DNA of 47,533 nt, filler included, from a bacterium UBP13_UBA5359 (GTDB lineage Bacteria > UBP13 > UBA5359), in NCBI GenBank assembly GCA_002410925.1. It is 3 parts of 3 records of this genome, joined end to end, with 100 filler letters (N's around TTAATTAATTAA, not from the genome) between each part and the next. Parts side by side here need not be neighbours in the genome. Positions count along the whole stretch, not along the records: positions 15,083 to 35,758 come from DHPR01000028.1; positions 35,859 to 47,533 come from DHPR01000011.1; 1 more part is not named here. The stretch is one strand, 5' to 3'. A program made the position numbers and the translations under genes. This document shows, one piece after another, positions 26,689 through 36,943 of this stretch; within the stretch, counting starts at the first letter, position 1; the number at the start of each line of letters is the position of its first letter. The notes under the pieces are model-generated. The model saw only the letters and a list, made by a program, of their open reading frames with translations, did no database searches and was not told the DNA's origin.

Positions 26689-26778
26689 CCGAGCTGGTTC
26701 CTCCTCCGGCATACCCGGTAAAAAGAGGAGATGCAGAATTTATGCCAGAGGCATTCGCCGGCCCGAAATCTGAAGTTT

Positions 26779-27999
26779 TTAATCTGAAGATTGCCCGCCT
26801 GAAGAAGCGACAATGGCGGTGAAAGCATTCTCCCAATCATTCAGTACCATCTCCCAATCATAGTTATTATTATAAAAATCCAGCACCTCATCTGCAGATG
26901 GGTACCTGGAGCGATGGGCGAAGAAATCCGCCATCCCCTCTGCCAGTATGTGGGGAGATAAACCTTTAAAAAGCAACCGCTTATCCAGGGAACCTATAAG
27001 CTCTCTATTCCCGCCGACGGGTGTTCCCATTACAGGTGTGCCGTTCATCATGGCTTGTAACGAAACCAGCCCGAAGCCTTCAAGCTCCAAAGAGGGCATG
27101 GCAACCAGGTCTGCTGCTCTCAAATAGAGCGCCAACTTATCTTCAGGTATAAACCCTTCCAGACGGGCTATACTATCCAGTCCGTGCCTGGATATCAGCC
27201 GCTGTAATTCTGCTTGGCTCTCCCCTCGCCCCCCGATAATTAGATGTATATTCGATAAAGAGCGTCGCAGCGGCAACATCGCTTCAATAAGAATATCCAA
27301 TCCCATGCGTGGCGACAAACGCCTGACGGTAAATATGATCTGTCTGTCCTTTGCCAAACCCAGCCGGCGCCTGGCTTCATATTTGGTAAGATGAACAGCG
27401 GTTGATTCCGGTTTTATACCACCCTTCATAACCATAACATTAAGGCCGGAGCCGTGAATACGGCGCAAGGTTTCTCTGGAAAAATTACTGAGGACCAATA
27501 TTTGGCGGCACCGCCTTAGAAGCCTGCCCTCCATAGCACGACGCAGGCGATAAGAAATCCTAATTCTCGCCTGCTGCAAAGGCTTCTTATCTATCCCTCT
27601 GAGCGTAGAAAGATACTCCTCGCACCAAGGCCCTTGAAAGGTATATATCAAAGGAACCTTGATTAAAGAAGCCGCCGGCATCGGAATAGAGGCTACGGAC
27701 GGCCAGGCAAAATGATAATTAATGAAATCCCACCGTTCTCCACTTAAAGAAAGCATCAGCTGCCGCAGGGCCATAACCAAACGCAATTGGCTTGCCGGAC
27801 CTTTATCAGCATCACCGTAGCGCCAAAGCGTAAATCCGTCCAGAAGCTCTCTTTCCGGCAGACCGAAAGATACTTTGGGAACCAGGACATCCACTCTATG
27901 TCCACGAGCCGAGAGTCCTTCTGCCATATCATGTAAAAAACGCCAGCTGCCGCCTGTCTTATCAGGATATACGGCATCTCCCAGCATCATAATCCTCAA
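26779..27999 (-). CDS. Glycosyltransferase family 4
   Basis: VRRLSPRMG, PSLELEGFGLVSLQAM, GTPVGG. Confidence 0.92.
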   Translation of the reverse strand: MRIMMLGDAVYPDKTGGSWRFLHDMAEGLSARGHRVDVLVPKVSFGLPERELLDGFTLWRYGDADKGPASQLRLVMALRQLMLSLSGERWDFINYHFAWPSVASIPMPAASLIKVPLIYTFQGPWCEEYLSTLRGIDKKPLQQARIRISYRLRRAMEGRLLRRCRQILVLSNFSRETLRRIHGSGLNVMVMKGGIKPESTAVHLTKYEARRRLGLAKDRQIIFTVRRLSPRMGLDILIEAMLPLRRSLSNIHLIIGGRGESQAELQRLISRHGLDSIARLEGFIPEDKLALYLRAADLVAMPSLELEGFGLVSLQAMMNGTPVMGTPVGGNRELIGSLDKRLLFKGLSPHILAEGMADFFAHRSRYPSADEVLDFYNNNYDWEMVLNDWENAFTAIVASSGGQSSD

Positions 28000-29158
28000 G
28001 GCAGCTCACCTCCTTGTATACTCTCTCTATGCCGGCTACCATCCTGTCGGCTGTAAAGCGGCGCAGGGCTGTCCGGCGCCCCTGCTCCCCTATAGATACG
28101 GCTTCATCAGGATGGTTCAACATCCAGGATATCCGTTCTGCTAAAGACCCGGAATTACCCGTTCTGAAAAGCAGACCATCCACTCCATCATTTATCATCT
28201 CGGAAGGGCCGCCCAAATCAGAGGCGATCACCGGGCACCCTGCCAGCATGCTCTCGGCTACCACCAGGCCGAACGGCTCAGGCAGCACTGAAGCATGAAC
28301 AGAGATATCGAGAGAGCTATAAACGGATGATGTATCAGGAAGATAACCTGTAAAGAGAACCTGTTCATTCAATCCTGAATTCAATGCCATCTCCCCTATT
28401 CTGCGGCGATAGTCATCCTCACCGAATAGGACGCCTCCGATGACAGGAAAGAGAACATCCTCTCTCTTTAAACGTGAAGCGGCTTCCAGAAAGATATGCT
28501 GCCCCTTCCATGGAGATATTCGCCCCACCATGCCGACAATATGGCTGAACCGTTCACTTTGCGTAAAGACTACAGGCGTATTTGAGGCCTTATCACTGCT
28601 TTCACCTGCGGCACACCCATTGTAAACTACGCGTATGCGCTCTGCCGAAATACCCCCTGCTATCAGAGCTTTGCGTACCGCCTGAGAAACGGCGATAATA
28701 CGTGTTGCGTAACGGCTGGCATTGTGAAGCAATAATCTTATCTGTTGCCGGCTGAAGAACTCCGGCAAGAGCAGATCATGCATATGCCATACGACAGGAA
28801 TACCATAGGATACGGCAGCCCGGCTGAGAAGATGCGCCTTGTTGGAGTTGGTATGCAATATATCCGGTTTTACCCGAGATAACATGCGCCTGAGGGTCTT
28901 CAAGGCCAACAGATAATCCCTGCCGGCTTTTACCAGGTTGATAAAACCGCCTTCATCCTTATGCAGACCGAAAAAGCCCGGCAGGTCAAGCTCTGCTATA
29001 TCAGCCCCGGCAGTTGCAGCCTGCTCTGCCAGCAAACCCGGAGGAAGAGCTACTACCGGACGATAGCGAGTTTTATCCAAACCGCGTAGAAGATTGAGCA
29101 ATACCACCTCACCCCCGCCCAGCACGCCGACATGGTCAAGAAAGAGTATGGTCTTCAA
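27962..29158 (-). CDS. Glycosyltransferase family 4
   Basis: GGGE, VGRISPWKGQ, PEPFGLVVAESM. Confidence 0.93.
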   Translation of the reverse strand: MKTILFLDHVGVLGGGEVVLLNLLRGLDKTRYRPVVALPPGLLAEQAATAGADIAELDLPGFFGLHKDEGGFINLVKAGRDYLLALKTLRRMLSRVKPDILHTNSNKAHLLSRAAVSYGIPVVWHMHDLLLPEFFSRQQIRLLLHNASRYATRIIAVSQAVRKALIAGGISAERIRVVYNGCAAGESSDKASNTPVVFTQSERFSHIVGMVGRISPWKGQHIFLEAASRLKREDVLFPVIGGVLFGEDDYRRRIGEMALNSGLNEQVLFTGYLPDTSSVYSSLDISVHASVLPEPFGLVVAESMLAGCPVIASDLGGPSEMINDGVDGLLFRTGNSGSLAERISWMLNHPDEAVSIGEQGRRTALRRFTADRMVAGIERVYKEVSCLEDYDAGRCRIS

Positions 29159-30228
29159 TATCTTTTATCCTTAATCATCTGAGCATATATACGCTCATAT
29201 CGCTCGGCCGTCCTGTCCCAGGAGAAGCAAGAGGCCCTCTTCAATCCCAACCGAATCAATTGCTCGCGCTTTGCCCCGTTTACAAGCAGGTTTATCAGCG
29301 TTTTCCCCAGTTCCGCATCTCTGCTTATCAGGCCCCACCTTTGCCCCAGCACCTCACGGGCGCCGGGATTGGCCGTCGCCACTGCCGGAGTTCCTGAAGC
29401 CATCGCCTCTATATAGGGCACCCCAAACCCTTCATAGCGACTGGGAAGGCAGAAAATCCATGCTGAACGATAAAGCTCCGCCAGCACTTGGCTGGATACC
29501 CTTCCATACCATTTTATGCCTTCTCCTGCTACCTCTTCATCGCACACCATCCAGAGTTCCGCCTGAGGAAGAGCAGGCCTGATCCGGCTGTTGAAGATAT
29601 CCACCAGAAAATCGCCTCTCTTTCTGCCTTGCAGAGTTCCCACGAAGAGTATCGACGGCCGTTCGCTCTTCTTCCCCGGATAAAAGAGCGCCTGGTCGAC
29701 ACCACAGGGAATTACCTCTCTGACAAAAGGCAGATAGCGATTTGTAGCTCTGGATATGCCTATTGCCCTATCAGAGGTCATCACAGAGATTATTTCCAGC
29801 GGATAAAGGCTAAGCTGAATTAGAGCACGTTTTAATGATGTACTGGTCAATGCTTCATTGAATGATGTGCCGTTAAAGGTGCGCAATAGCGGTATGGTTC
29901 TGCAAAAGAAGAAGTGATTATCTCCATGCGCATGAATCAAATGATAGCCGGCATAATCCTGCCTGGCTGCGAAAAGAGAAAAGAGATAGAGCCTGAGCAA
30001 ACGATTACGATATATTTGCTCCGGCACCGGTATTTTACGCACCTCATATAATGCCCCGGCCGATGGATCGTCAAGCCCGAAAACCGTCACTTCATGCCCC
30101 CGGCGCACCATAGCATTGGAGAGATAGTGAACCTGCCAGGCTACGCCGCCTTTTGAGGTAGACGGCAAATCGACATGAAGCATAGCTATACGAAAAGAGC
30201 CGTCACTCCTAGCGATTGCATCTGACAT
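29155..30228 (-). CDS. Glycosyltransferase family 4
   Basis: KGGV, GRKRG, PSRYEGFGVPYIEAMASGTP; start probably ATG 30228 (track 30351). Confidence 0.92.
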   Translation of the reverse strand: MSDAIARSDGSFRIAMLHVDLPSTSKGGVAWQVHYLSNAMVRRGHEVTVFGLDDPSAGALYEVRKIPVPEQIYRNRLLRLYLFSLFAARQDYAGYHLIHAHGDNHFFFCRTIPLLRTFNGTSFNEALTSTSLKRALIQLSLYPLEIISVMTSDRAIGISRATNRYLPFVREVIPCGVDQALFYPGKKSERPSILFVGTLQGRKRGDFLVDIFNSRIRPALPQAELWMVCDEEVAGEGIKWYGRVSSQVLAELYRSAWIFCLPSRYEGFGVPYIEAMASGTPAVATANPGAREVLGQRWGLISRDAELGKTLINLLVNGAKREQLIRLGLKRASCFSWDRTAERYERIYAQMIKDKRY

Positions 30229-31348
30229 CTGAATTACCTTCTTCCAGCAGTTCAGAATAAACAGCATATGTAGCGGCAGCGACGCTTTCCCAGGAGAAGA
30301 TCTCTTCAGCCCGGCGGCGTCCCCTGTCGGCCAGCTTCGTCCGAAGCGCATTATCAGAGAAGAGCTCTCTTATCCTGGCTGCTAAATCATGATGATTCCC
30401 TTCCTGAAAAATCAATCCAGCCGAGCCTATGACATTGGGTATCTCTCCGGAAGAAGAGCCTATAGGCACCACGCCACCGGCCATAGCCTCTACCAGCACG
30501 CGCCCGAACTGCTCTTTCCAGTTGGGCATGGTCAAAGAGGGAAGCACAAAGGCATCCAACTGCACCATCTGCCCCGGCACCTGATGATGAGGCAAAAGAT
30601 CCTGGAAGCTTACTCTATCTTCAATGCCCAGCTCTCTGGCAGCCTGCCTCAATCCTTTCTCCTCAGAACCGTTGCCTATAAGGCGAAGCCGTATGTCGCT
30701 ATCAATTTCAGTCATGGCTTTCAGTAAGATATAAAGTCCCTTGCCGGGGATAAATCGTCCCATATAGCCTATCATTCTCCCGCTTCGTGATACCTCTCTT
30801 TCCCTTTGCTCTCTGTAGATGCTGGTATCCACGCCCGGAGGCACCACTCGGGCGGGACAGGCACAACCTTTTCTTCTCAGAATGCTGATGGCATCAGCGT
30901 TGCCGGTAATAGCGTAATCGGCTCTTTCAAGCACATATCTCTCCATAGACCGGAATGGCCACGGGTATCTCTTGTAGATATTTTGAAAGCTGAAGGCAAT
31001 GATCTTTATATCCCTGCCGGACGCCACCCTTGCAGCCTGAAAGGCAGCCAGGCTATAGGGTTCTTCGTCGATATGCAATATGTCGGGATCGAAATCATCC
31101 AAAGCCTCCCGCAGCCCTCTGCGGTACCAATGCATGTTGATATTGCCGTTATTATATACTTCCCCCTTTATCAGATTCAAACGATCGCGAGCGTTTCCGG
31201 CTTCATAATTACGCTTCAGATCCTTCTCCCGCCAGAATGCGGGAACCAGCAGAGCCATATCCAAATCCGGATAAAGTTTCAGCATGGCGTAGAGCCTGCG
31301 CCGGTTCTCATCTATAACTCCGGCATGACTTATCATCAGGACTTTCAT
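30209..31348 (-). CDS. Glycosyltransferase family 4
   Basis: HIDEEPYS, GRFIPGKG, PSLTMPNWKEQFGRVLVEAM. Confidence 0.93.
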   Translation of the reverse strand: MKVLMISHAGVIDENRRRLYAMLKLYPDLDMALLVPAFWREKDLKRNYEAGNARDRLNLIKGEVYNNGNINMHWYRRGLREALDDFDPDILHIDEEPYSLAAFQAARVASGRDIKIIAFSFQNIYKRYPWPFRSMERYVLERADYAITGNADAISILRRKGCACPARVVPPGVDTSIYREQREREVSRSGRMIGYMGRFIPGKGLYILLKAMTEIDSDIRLRLIGNGSEEKGLRQAARELGIEDRVSFQDLLPHHQVPGQMVQLDAFVLPSLTMPNWKEQFGRVLVEAMAGGVVPIGSSSGEIPNVIGSAGLIFQEGNHHDLAARIRELFSDNALRTKLADRGRRRAEEIFSWESVAAATYAVYSELLEEGNSDVRCNR

Positions 31349-31369
31349 TTCAGGCTTTCCTCCTTGCTA

Positions 31370-32869
31370 TCAGCCTGCTTCGCCAGGCGTTCTCTTGCCT
31401 GGCGAAGCATAAATCTCCGGCAATTTCAATAACAAACCGGTCGATAGCCAGAAATATATGTTATGCGGCGCTATCGTCAGCGTAGGGCCTGAGAAACCGA
31501 CAATAAAGATTGATAAAGGCACTGCATAAAGAGCTATGGCCGCCGCTCTGAATTCCCCGGAAGATCTTCTGATAATAACGGCTCCCTGATACAGAATGAT
31601 AAGAAATATAATCAGTATGAAGAAGGCTCCCAATAAAGATGTCTCAAAGACCATTGAAGCAAGATAATTATCTATCGTCATTCGCTCGTACTGCGGATAG
31701 AATTTAGACAGCGCTCCGGCAGCAGCTCCCGTTCTGGCCAGACCTATTCCTACCGGATAATTGGAAACCAGCTCGGGAACAATGGTAATAAAACGCATGC
31801 GGTTGATCATAAAGCTTTTATAAGGATTGCTCATGGAGGCCATACGGTGTTCTATTTGCCCCCCTCCCAGGTTCATACCGACTGCCAAGCCGACAGCAAT
31901 AACCAGCGCCAGCGGAACAAGCATCCTGCGGCTGAAAATAATACTTATCAGAATGCCTGTCACCATAAGAGAGAGCAACGAGCTGCGCACACCGGTCAGC
32001 ACCAGCGCCACCATCAATATCAGCAGGGATATGCCTCCAAGCGCTTTTCCCCATGCATGCCGGCTGAGGATGGTTGATAAAGCTACAAAGGGGAACCCTA
32101 TCATATAGAAAGAGCTGGCCAGACCTCCGGTAGCGGCAAAAGACATGGGGCGGAAATAATGCCTGGAGCCGGCCCACCAGGTATCTTTGCGTATGATCTC
32201 GGCAAAAGAAGAGCCTAAACTACTGACGGCTTCCGGACCCTGAAGATACTGGATAATACCGTAGAGACCCATAATAACCGCCAGTATGGAAAAGAGATGG
32301 GTCAGCCTGATCAGGCCGGGGCGATCCTGCAGCAGATAATAGCCCATATAACAGAGCGGTATATAAATCAGATGCACCTTGATGCCGGCAATGCTGATCA
32401 CCCAATTTTCAAAATTTGGATTGAAGATTTGAATCAGGCAAAGAGCGGCAAAGAGTACAAGCGGTATATCTAATACCGTCCGCCGATATTCTCCATGCCT
32501 TCCTGTCAGCGCCTTTAACAGCCAGGCGGATATCATCACTATCATCAGAAAATCTTTGAAGACATAGGTCAGCAGAGCATAGCCCAGCTTGTGCTTGATG
32601 AAACCCTCAAAGGATGCAAAGATGAAGGTAAAGGCAATCACACCCCAGGGTTTGAACAGGGACCCGTAAAAGAGTAGCAGCAGCCCTGCCAGAATAACGA
32701 ATGCCATTGCTGCCGACCCGGCGCCGGCCAATGCCAGCGCGCATGAAAAGATGACTGCTATGGCCGATCCAATCGGAAGCAATGCCTGGCTTGCCCTTAT
32801 TCTGCCGGATCCTCCGCCAAATCTGCCGATAAGAGACGACATAATCTTTCCTCCCAATCCTGTAAGCAT
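31370..32869 (-). CDS. O-antigen ligase / Wzy-like polytopic membrane protein
   Basis: About 12 TM segments; YGIIQY, LTGVRS, YPVGIGL, DNYLASMVFETSLLG; located in the GT cluster. Confidence 0.75.
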   Translation of the reverse strand: MLTGLGGKIMSSLIGRFGGGSGRIRASQALLPIGSAIAVIFSCALALAGAGSAAMAFVILAGLLLLFYGSLFKPWGVIAFTFIFASFEGFIKHKLGYALLTYVFKDFLMIVMISAWLLKALTGRHGEYRRTVLDIPLVLFAALCLIQIFNPNFENWVISIAGIKVHLIYIPLCYMGYYLLQDRPGLIRLTHLFSILAVIMGLYGIIQYLQGPEAVSSLGSSFAEIIRKDTWWAGSRHYFRPMSFAATGGLASSFYMIGFPFVALSTILSRHAWGKALGGISLLILMVALVLTGVRSSLLSLMVTGILISIIFSRRMLVPLALVIAVGLAVGMNLGGGQIEHRMASMSNPYKSFMINRMRFITIVPELVSNYPVGIGLARTGAAAGALSKFYPQYERMTIDNYLASMVFETSLLGAFFILIIFLIILYQGAVIIRRSSGEFRAAAIALYAVPLSIFIVGFSGPTLTIAPHNIYFWLSTGLLLKLPEIYASPGKRTPGEAG

Positions 32870-32878
32870 GGCTGCCGA

Positions 32879-34423
32879 TTACTGGCAGGCTTCCAGCTTC
32901 CGTAAAAGTATAACCCTTATGCCTTTAAAATCCTGCCGTTCCACTTCCTCAAATCCCTTGCTTTCAATCATCTTCAATGAGCTGGAATAGGCCTGCTGCG
33001 TCAGGTTATACCAGGGCATTCTCGATTGAATTTGCCCGGTAGTAAGAGGCATGACCCACCAAACTCTTCCCCTGGTCAGATCAGCCGGAACTATCGTTCT
33101 GTAGGGTATCAACCCATAGGTTCTGGACGAGATGGTTTTATCCAGAAAAAGATATTCATCCGTCTTCCGACCGTTGTATTCCAGAAAGGGATAAAGAGTG
33201 AAGATGGATGGATGCGATACTCTATCACCAGGATAGGCGTTCTGCGCTACATAAAGGGCTGCCTGGCGAAACTCCTCGCGGCGATAATCCGGGTTCAGGC
33301 TCCGGTTAAAATTGGCTGCCAGGCACAGGCCTACCAGAAAAAGTGTCAAAAGAGCGAAGAGCCTTCGGCGTTCGGCCAGCAGCGACAAACCCCGAGATAC
33401 CAGCAAATAGAAGGGTCCGGTACAGATAATCAGGTAGCGATTCAGATAAACATCCATCATTTTAATCGATATTATCATCGTCATGGCAATCGGAATGAAG
33501 ATATACATGCTCATCTTTATGGCTTTCTTCCTATGCACTCCGCCTGTCATACCCAGAACAAAGAGAAAAATAAAGATCAGACAGGCCGGAATTATAATAA
33601 AATAGGCTCTGGGATAATCAGCCAGAGAGATCGTCTGTTCATTGCCTATGCTGAAACTTTTAAATGTACCAAGCGGAAAGATGGCCGGGCAGATATTAGA
33701 ATGCACTTCAGCGACGGTTGATTTAGCCGTATATACTTCGCCGGTGTTGTTCATGAAGCTCGGTATCCATGGCGCGAACAGAGCAGCTATGATAATGCAA
33801 GCGATGAATGCTTTCATAATCATGCCCCTTTGCCGATATGCGCTTGCAGCTATCAGCCCCATGCTTACGGCTATGACCAAAGCGGCAAAGTAGTGTGTAT
33901 ACAGGCCGGCGATAGAAAAGAACACCAGACCGATCCAGTCAACAATACGCTCTCTCTGCAATATCCCTGCGGTGCTGTATATAATCCCCAGAGATAAAAA
34001 TGTAAGCAGAGAATACATACGCAATTCTTGCGAGTAATAGACCTGAAAAGGAGAGACTGCAAAGATCAATGCCGCCAGCAGAGCTACTCTCTCCCCCATA
34101 AGCCTTAAAGCCAGCAGATAGGCCATGATAACGGCGGCCAATCCAAAGAAAACCGAGAGCAGCCGAGCTCCGGCTTCACCCCCTGCAAACTGACTCCACA
34201 GGTGAAGAAGAATATAATATACCGGCGGATTTACGCTTACGCCGGGAGAACCGGCAATTATATGATAAATGTTATTTTTGGCTATCAAAAGACTGACAGC
34301 CTCATCAAACCATATACCGGCATCCTGCATTGTTAACAAACGAACGATGGCAGCCAAAAAGGTTAACAGCATTAATGCACAGGTATTTCTCGCTGATGAA
34401 GACATAAGATGTATCCCCCGCAC
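32879..34423 (-). CDS. GT-C glycosyltransferase (GT39/GT83, PMT_2-like)
   Basis: IWFDEA, PPVYYILL, RLLSV, SPFQVYYSQELRMYSL, LYTHY. Confidence 0.9.
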   Translation of the reverse strand: MRGIHLMSSSARNTCALMLLTFLAAIVRLLTMQDAGIWFDEAVSLLIAKNNIYHIIAGSPGVSVNPPVYYILLHLWSQFAGGEAGARLLSVFFGLAAVIMAYLLALRLMGERVALLAALIFAVSPFQVYYSQELRMYSLLTFLSLGIIYSTAGILQRERIVDWIGLVFFSIAGLYTHYFAALVIAVSMGLIAASAYRQRGMIMKAFIACIIIAALFAPWIPSFMNNTGEVYTAKSTVAEVHSNICPAIFPLGTFKSFSIGNEQTISLADYPRAYFIIIPACLIFIFLFVLGMTGGVHRKKAIKMSMYIFIPIAMTMIISIKMMDVYLNRYLIICTGPFYLLVSRGLSLLAERRRLFALLTLFLVGLCLAANFNRSLNPDYRREEFRQAALYVAQNAYPGDRVSHPSIFTLYPFLEYNGRKTDEYLFLDKTISSRTYGLIPYRTIVPADLTRGRVWWVMPLTTGQIQSRMPWYNLTQQAYSSSLKMIESKGFEEVERQDFKGIRVILLRKLEACQ

Positions 34424-34477
34424 TGCTCAGGCAGAAGCATAAGTCCGTATTTTCTGCTTTCAGACTTAGCAATACAA

Positions 34478-35629
34478 TTATGATGCCAAAGAGCGTAATA
34501 ATGCCTGATATATGTGGGCATGCTCACATGCTATACGTTCCCAGGAGAGGGATTCAGACAAGCGCCGTGCACCTTCCGATATTCTCCTTCTGACGGAAGC
34601 ATCACTAAGAAGCTTTATTATGCCTGCAGCTATATCCTCGGCTGATCCATCAGTCAGCCATAGATTCTCGTCATGAGAGAATCCGGCGAACATATTGTTG
34701 CCATAAGTGGTTATAACCGGCAGGCCGTGTGCCAACGCAGTGAACAGACTGCTTCGCCTGCCGCTGGCACCATCCTCATAAGGCATAACCATCAGATCGC
34801 AGATATAAAGATATCTCGAAGCCTCCCGCTCAGGCATAGTGGGAAGCCAGATTAGGCGCTCATCTATGCCTATCCTGCCGGCATAATCCTCTAACTCCCT
34901 CTTATAAGCCGCCAATTCACCTTTCCAGTCCAGCCCGCCGATAATGATAAGCCGGCAATTCTTCACCTGCCGTGAGGCCAGGGCAAAGGAATCCAACAGG
35001 ATATCAAGCCCTTTGGCTTTATGGATAAAGCCGAAATGGCCTATCAGGGCAGCATCCGATACGCCTCTCTCCTTGCGTAGAGAAGCAACTTCATCCTTCG
35101 GCATATCTGTCGGAATAATCCCCGGACCTACGGGAATTATTCCGGCTACCGGAAGTATTGAAGATAAGCGGCGCAACTCAGCTAAATCGCCTTCGTTGCT
35201 GACTATCAGTGAGGAAGCGTTGCGGATAAATCCGCACAGCGGCAGCTTGCGCAGCCTTCCCGCTCTGGGAAAAAGAAAAGGCCCATGCGTATCGTGAAAG
35301 GTTATGACCAGAGGCCGACCGCTTCTGCGCACCTCACGCGCCAAGCGCATCGGAAATAGAGTAGCTTCATAGATATCGGTCTGATACTGCAGATGAACGA
35401 TGTCCGGGTTGGACGCATGGATTGCCGTCATAATGCGATATAAGGATGCTCCCCCCCAGCCATATAATTCAACCGCCCGGTCTTCCGGCAACGCCTCCTT
35501 TCCGGCTGGGGCCGCAACACTGACCTCCATCCCCTGCAAACGTAAATGATCGACAAGATGCCCACAATAATCGGCCACACCGCTTTTGTCGCCTTTATAC
35601 ACTCCGCTTATCATAAGTATTTTCATCAT
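34478..35629 (-). CDS. Glycosyltransferase family 4
   Basis: GVADY, DIVHLQY, FGFIHKAKG, PYEDGASGRRSSL, HGLPVITT. Confidence 0.9.
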   Translation of the reverse strand: MMKILMISGVYKGDKSGVADYCGHLVDHLRLQGMEVSVAAPAGKEALPEDRAVELYGWGGASLYRIMTAIHASNPDIVHLQYQTDIYEATLFPMRLAREVRRSGRPLVITFHDTHGPFLFPRAGRLRKLPLCGFIRNASSLIVSNEGDLAELRRLSSILPVAGIIPVGPGIIPTDMPKDEVASLRKERGVSDAALIGHFGFIHKAKGLDILLDSFALASRQVKNCRLIIIGGLDWKGELAAYKRELEDYAGRIGIDERLIWLPTMPEREASRYLYICDLMVMPYEDGASGRRSSLFTALAHGLPVITTYGNNMFAGFSHDENLWLTDGSAEDIAAGIIKLLSDASVRRRISEGARRLSESLSWERIACEHAHIYQALLRSLAS

Positions 35630-35758
35630 CGATCACCCATAGTGCGCCCTCTCCAACGGCAGGCTGAAGAGTATCAGCTCGATAATTCATTATTTCTTAA
35701 TGACGAACTGTATTTAGAAAGCATATCGACAGAACTATATCTTCGGAAAAGGCCGGTG

Positions 35759-35858
35759 NNNNNNNNNNNNNNNNNNNNNNNNNNNNNNNNNNNNNNNNNN
35801 NNTTAATTAATTAANNNNNNNNNNNNNNNNNNNNNNNNNNNNNNNNNNNNNNNNNNNN
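35759..35858. other. Artificial contig-joining spacer
   Basis: 44 N + TTAATTAATTAA + 44 N. Confidence 0.95.
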
Positions 35859-36910
35859 GCTTTGGCCTCTATCTGGCGGATACGCTCACGGGTAACGCCG
35901 AAGACCTGCCCCACCTCTTCCAGTGTACGGGTGCGTCCATCATCCAATCCGAAACGCAGCTTCAGCACCCTTTGCTCGCGTGGAGTCAGGGTCTCAAGCA
36001 CCTCGTCCAGCTGCTCCCGCAGCATGGTAAAGGAGGCGGCATCGGTGGGCGCCAGGGCATCCCGGTCTTCTATGAAATCGCCCAGGTGGGAATCCTCCTC
36101 TTCGCCCACGGGCGTTTCAAGGGAGAGCGGCTCCTGTGAAATCTTGATAATTTCCGATACTTTCTCCGGCGGCATCTCCATACCGCTGGCTATTTCCTCT
36201 ATGGAGGGTTCCCGACCAAGCTCTTGCAACAATTGACGAGAAATCTTTATCAGCTTGTTTATGGTTTCCACCATATGTACGGGGATACGGATAGTGCGCG
36301 CCTGATCAGCAATAGCACGGGTAATGGCCTGCCGTATCCACCAGGTAGCATAGGTGCTGAACTTATAGCCCTTTTCATAATCAAACTTCTCTACAGCCCG
36401 GATAAGTCCCATATTCCCTTCCTGGATAAGATCCAGAAAGGAGAGCCCCCGGCCCACATATTTCTTGGCAATACTGACTACCAGGCGAAGATTGGCCTCA
36501 ATAAGCTTACGTCTGGCATTGATATCACCCACTTCAATACGCTGGGCCAAATCCACTTCCTCTTCAGGAGTTAAAAGCGGCACCTTGCCGATCTCTTTAA
36601 GGTACATACGTACAGGATCATCAACCGGCACCCCTTCGGGAACGGTAGGCAATATCTCCGGACGCTCTTCCTCTTCCTCTTCCTCTTTGACCGTATCCTC
36701 CGTAAAAGAAGGCTCTTCATCCTCAGGAACAGGCTTCACAGCGTCAATGACCTTGATACCCATATCGGTGAACGTTTCCATGACATTCTCAATCTCTTCG
36801 GTATCCAGGTCCTCGCCTTCCAAAATGGCTTCGCTTATCTCTTCATAAGTCAGCGAGCCTCGCTTTTTTCCCTTTTCTATTAACTTTTTAACCTTCTCTA
36901 CGCGGCTCAT
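35859..36910 (-). CDS. rpoD: RNA polymerase primary sigma factor (3' end cut by contig end)
   Basis: Region 1.1, [62 protein letters not shown]. Confidence 0.97.
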
Positions 36911-36943
36911 CTATTCCTCCTTACGGAATAAGAGGCCGGCCCA

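Noticed and set aside
35630-35758. 3' end of an upstream gene of the GT cluster
   Set aside because: Only short open frames (e.g. ...RYSSVDMLSKYSSSLRNNELSS*); cannot be assigned with support
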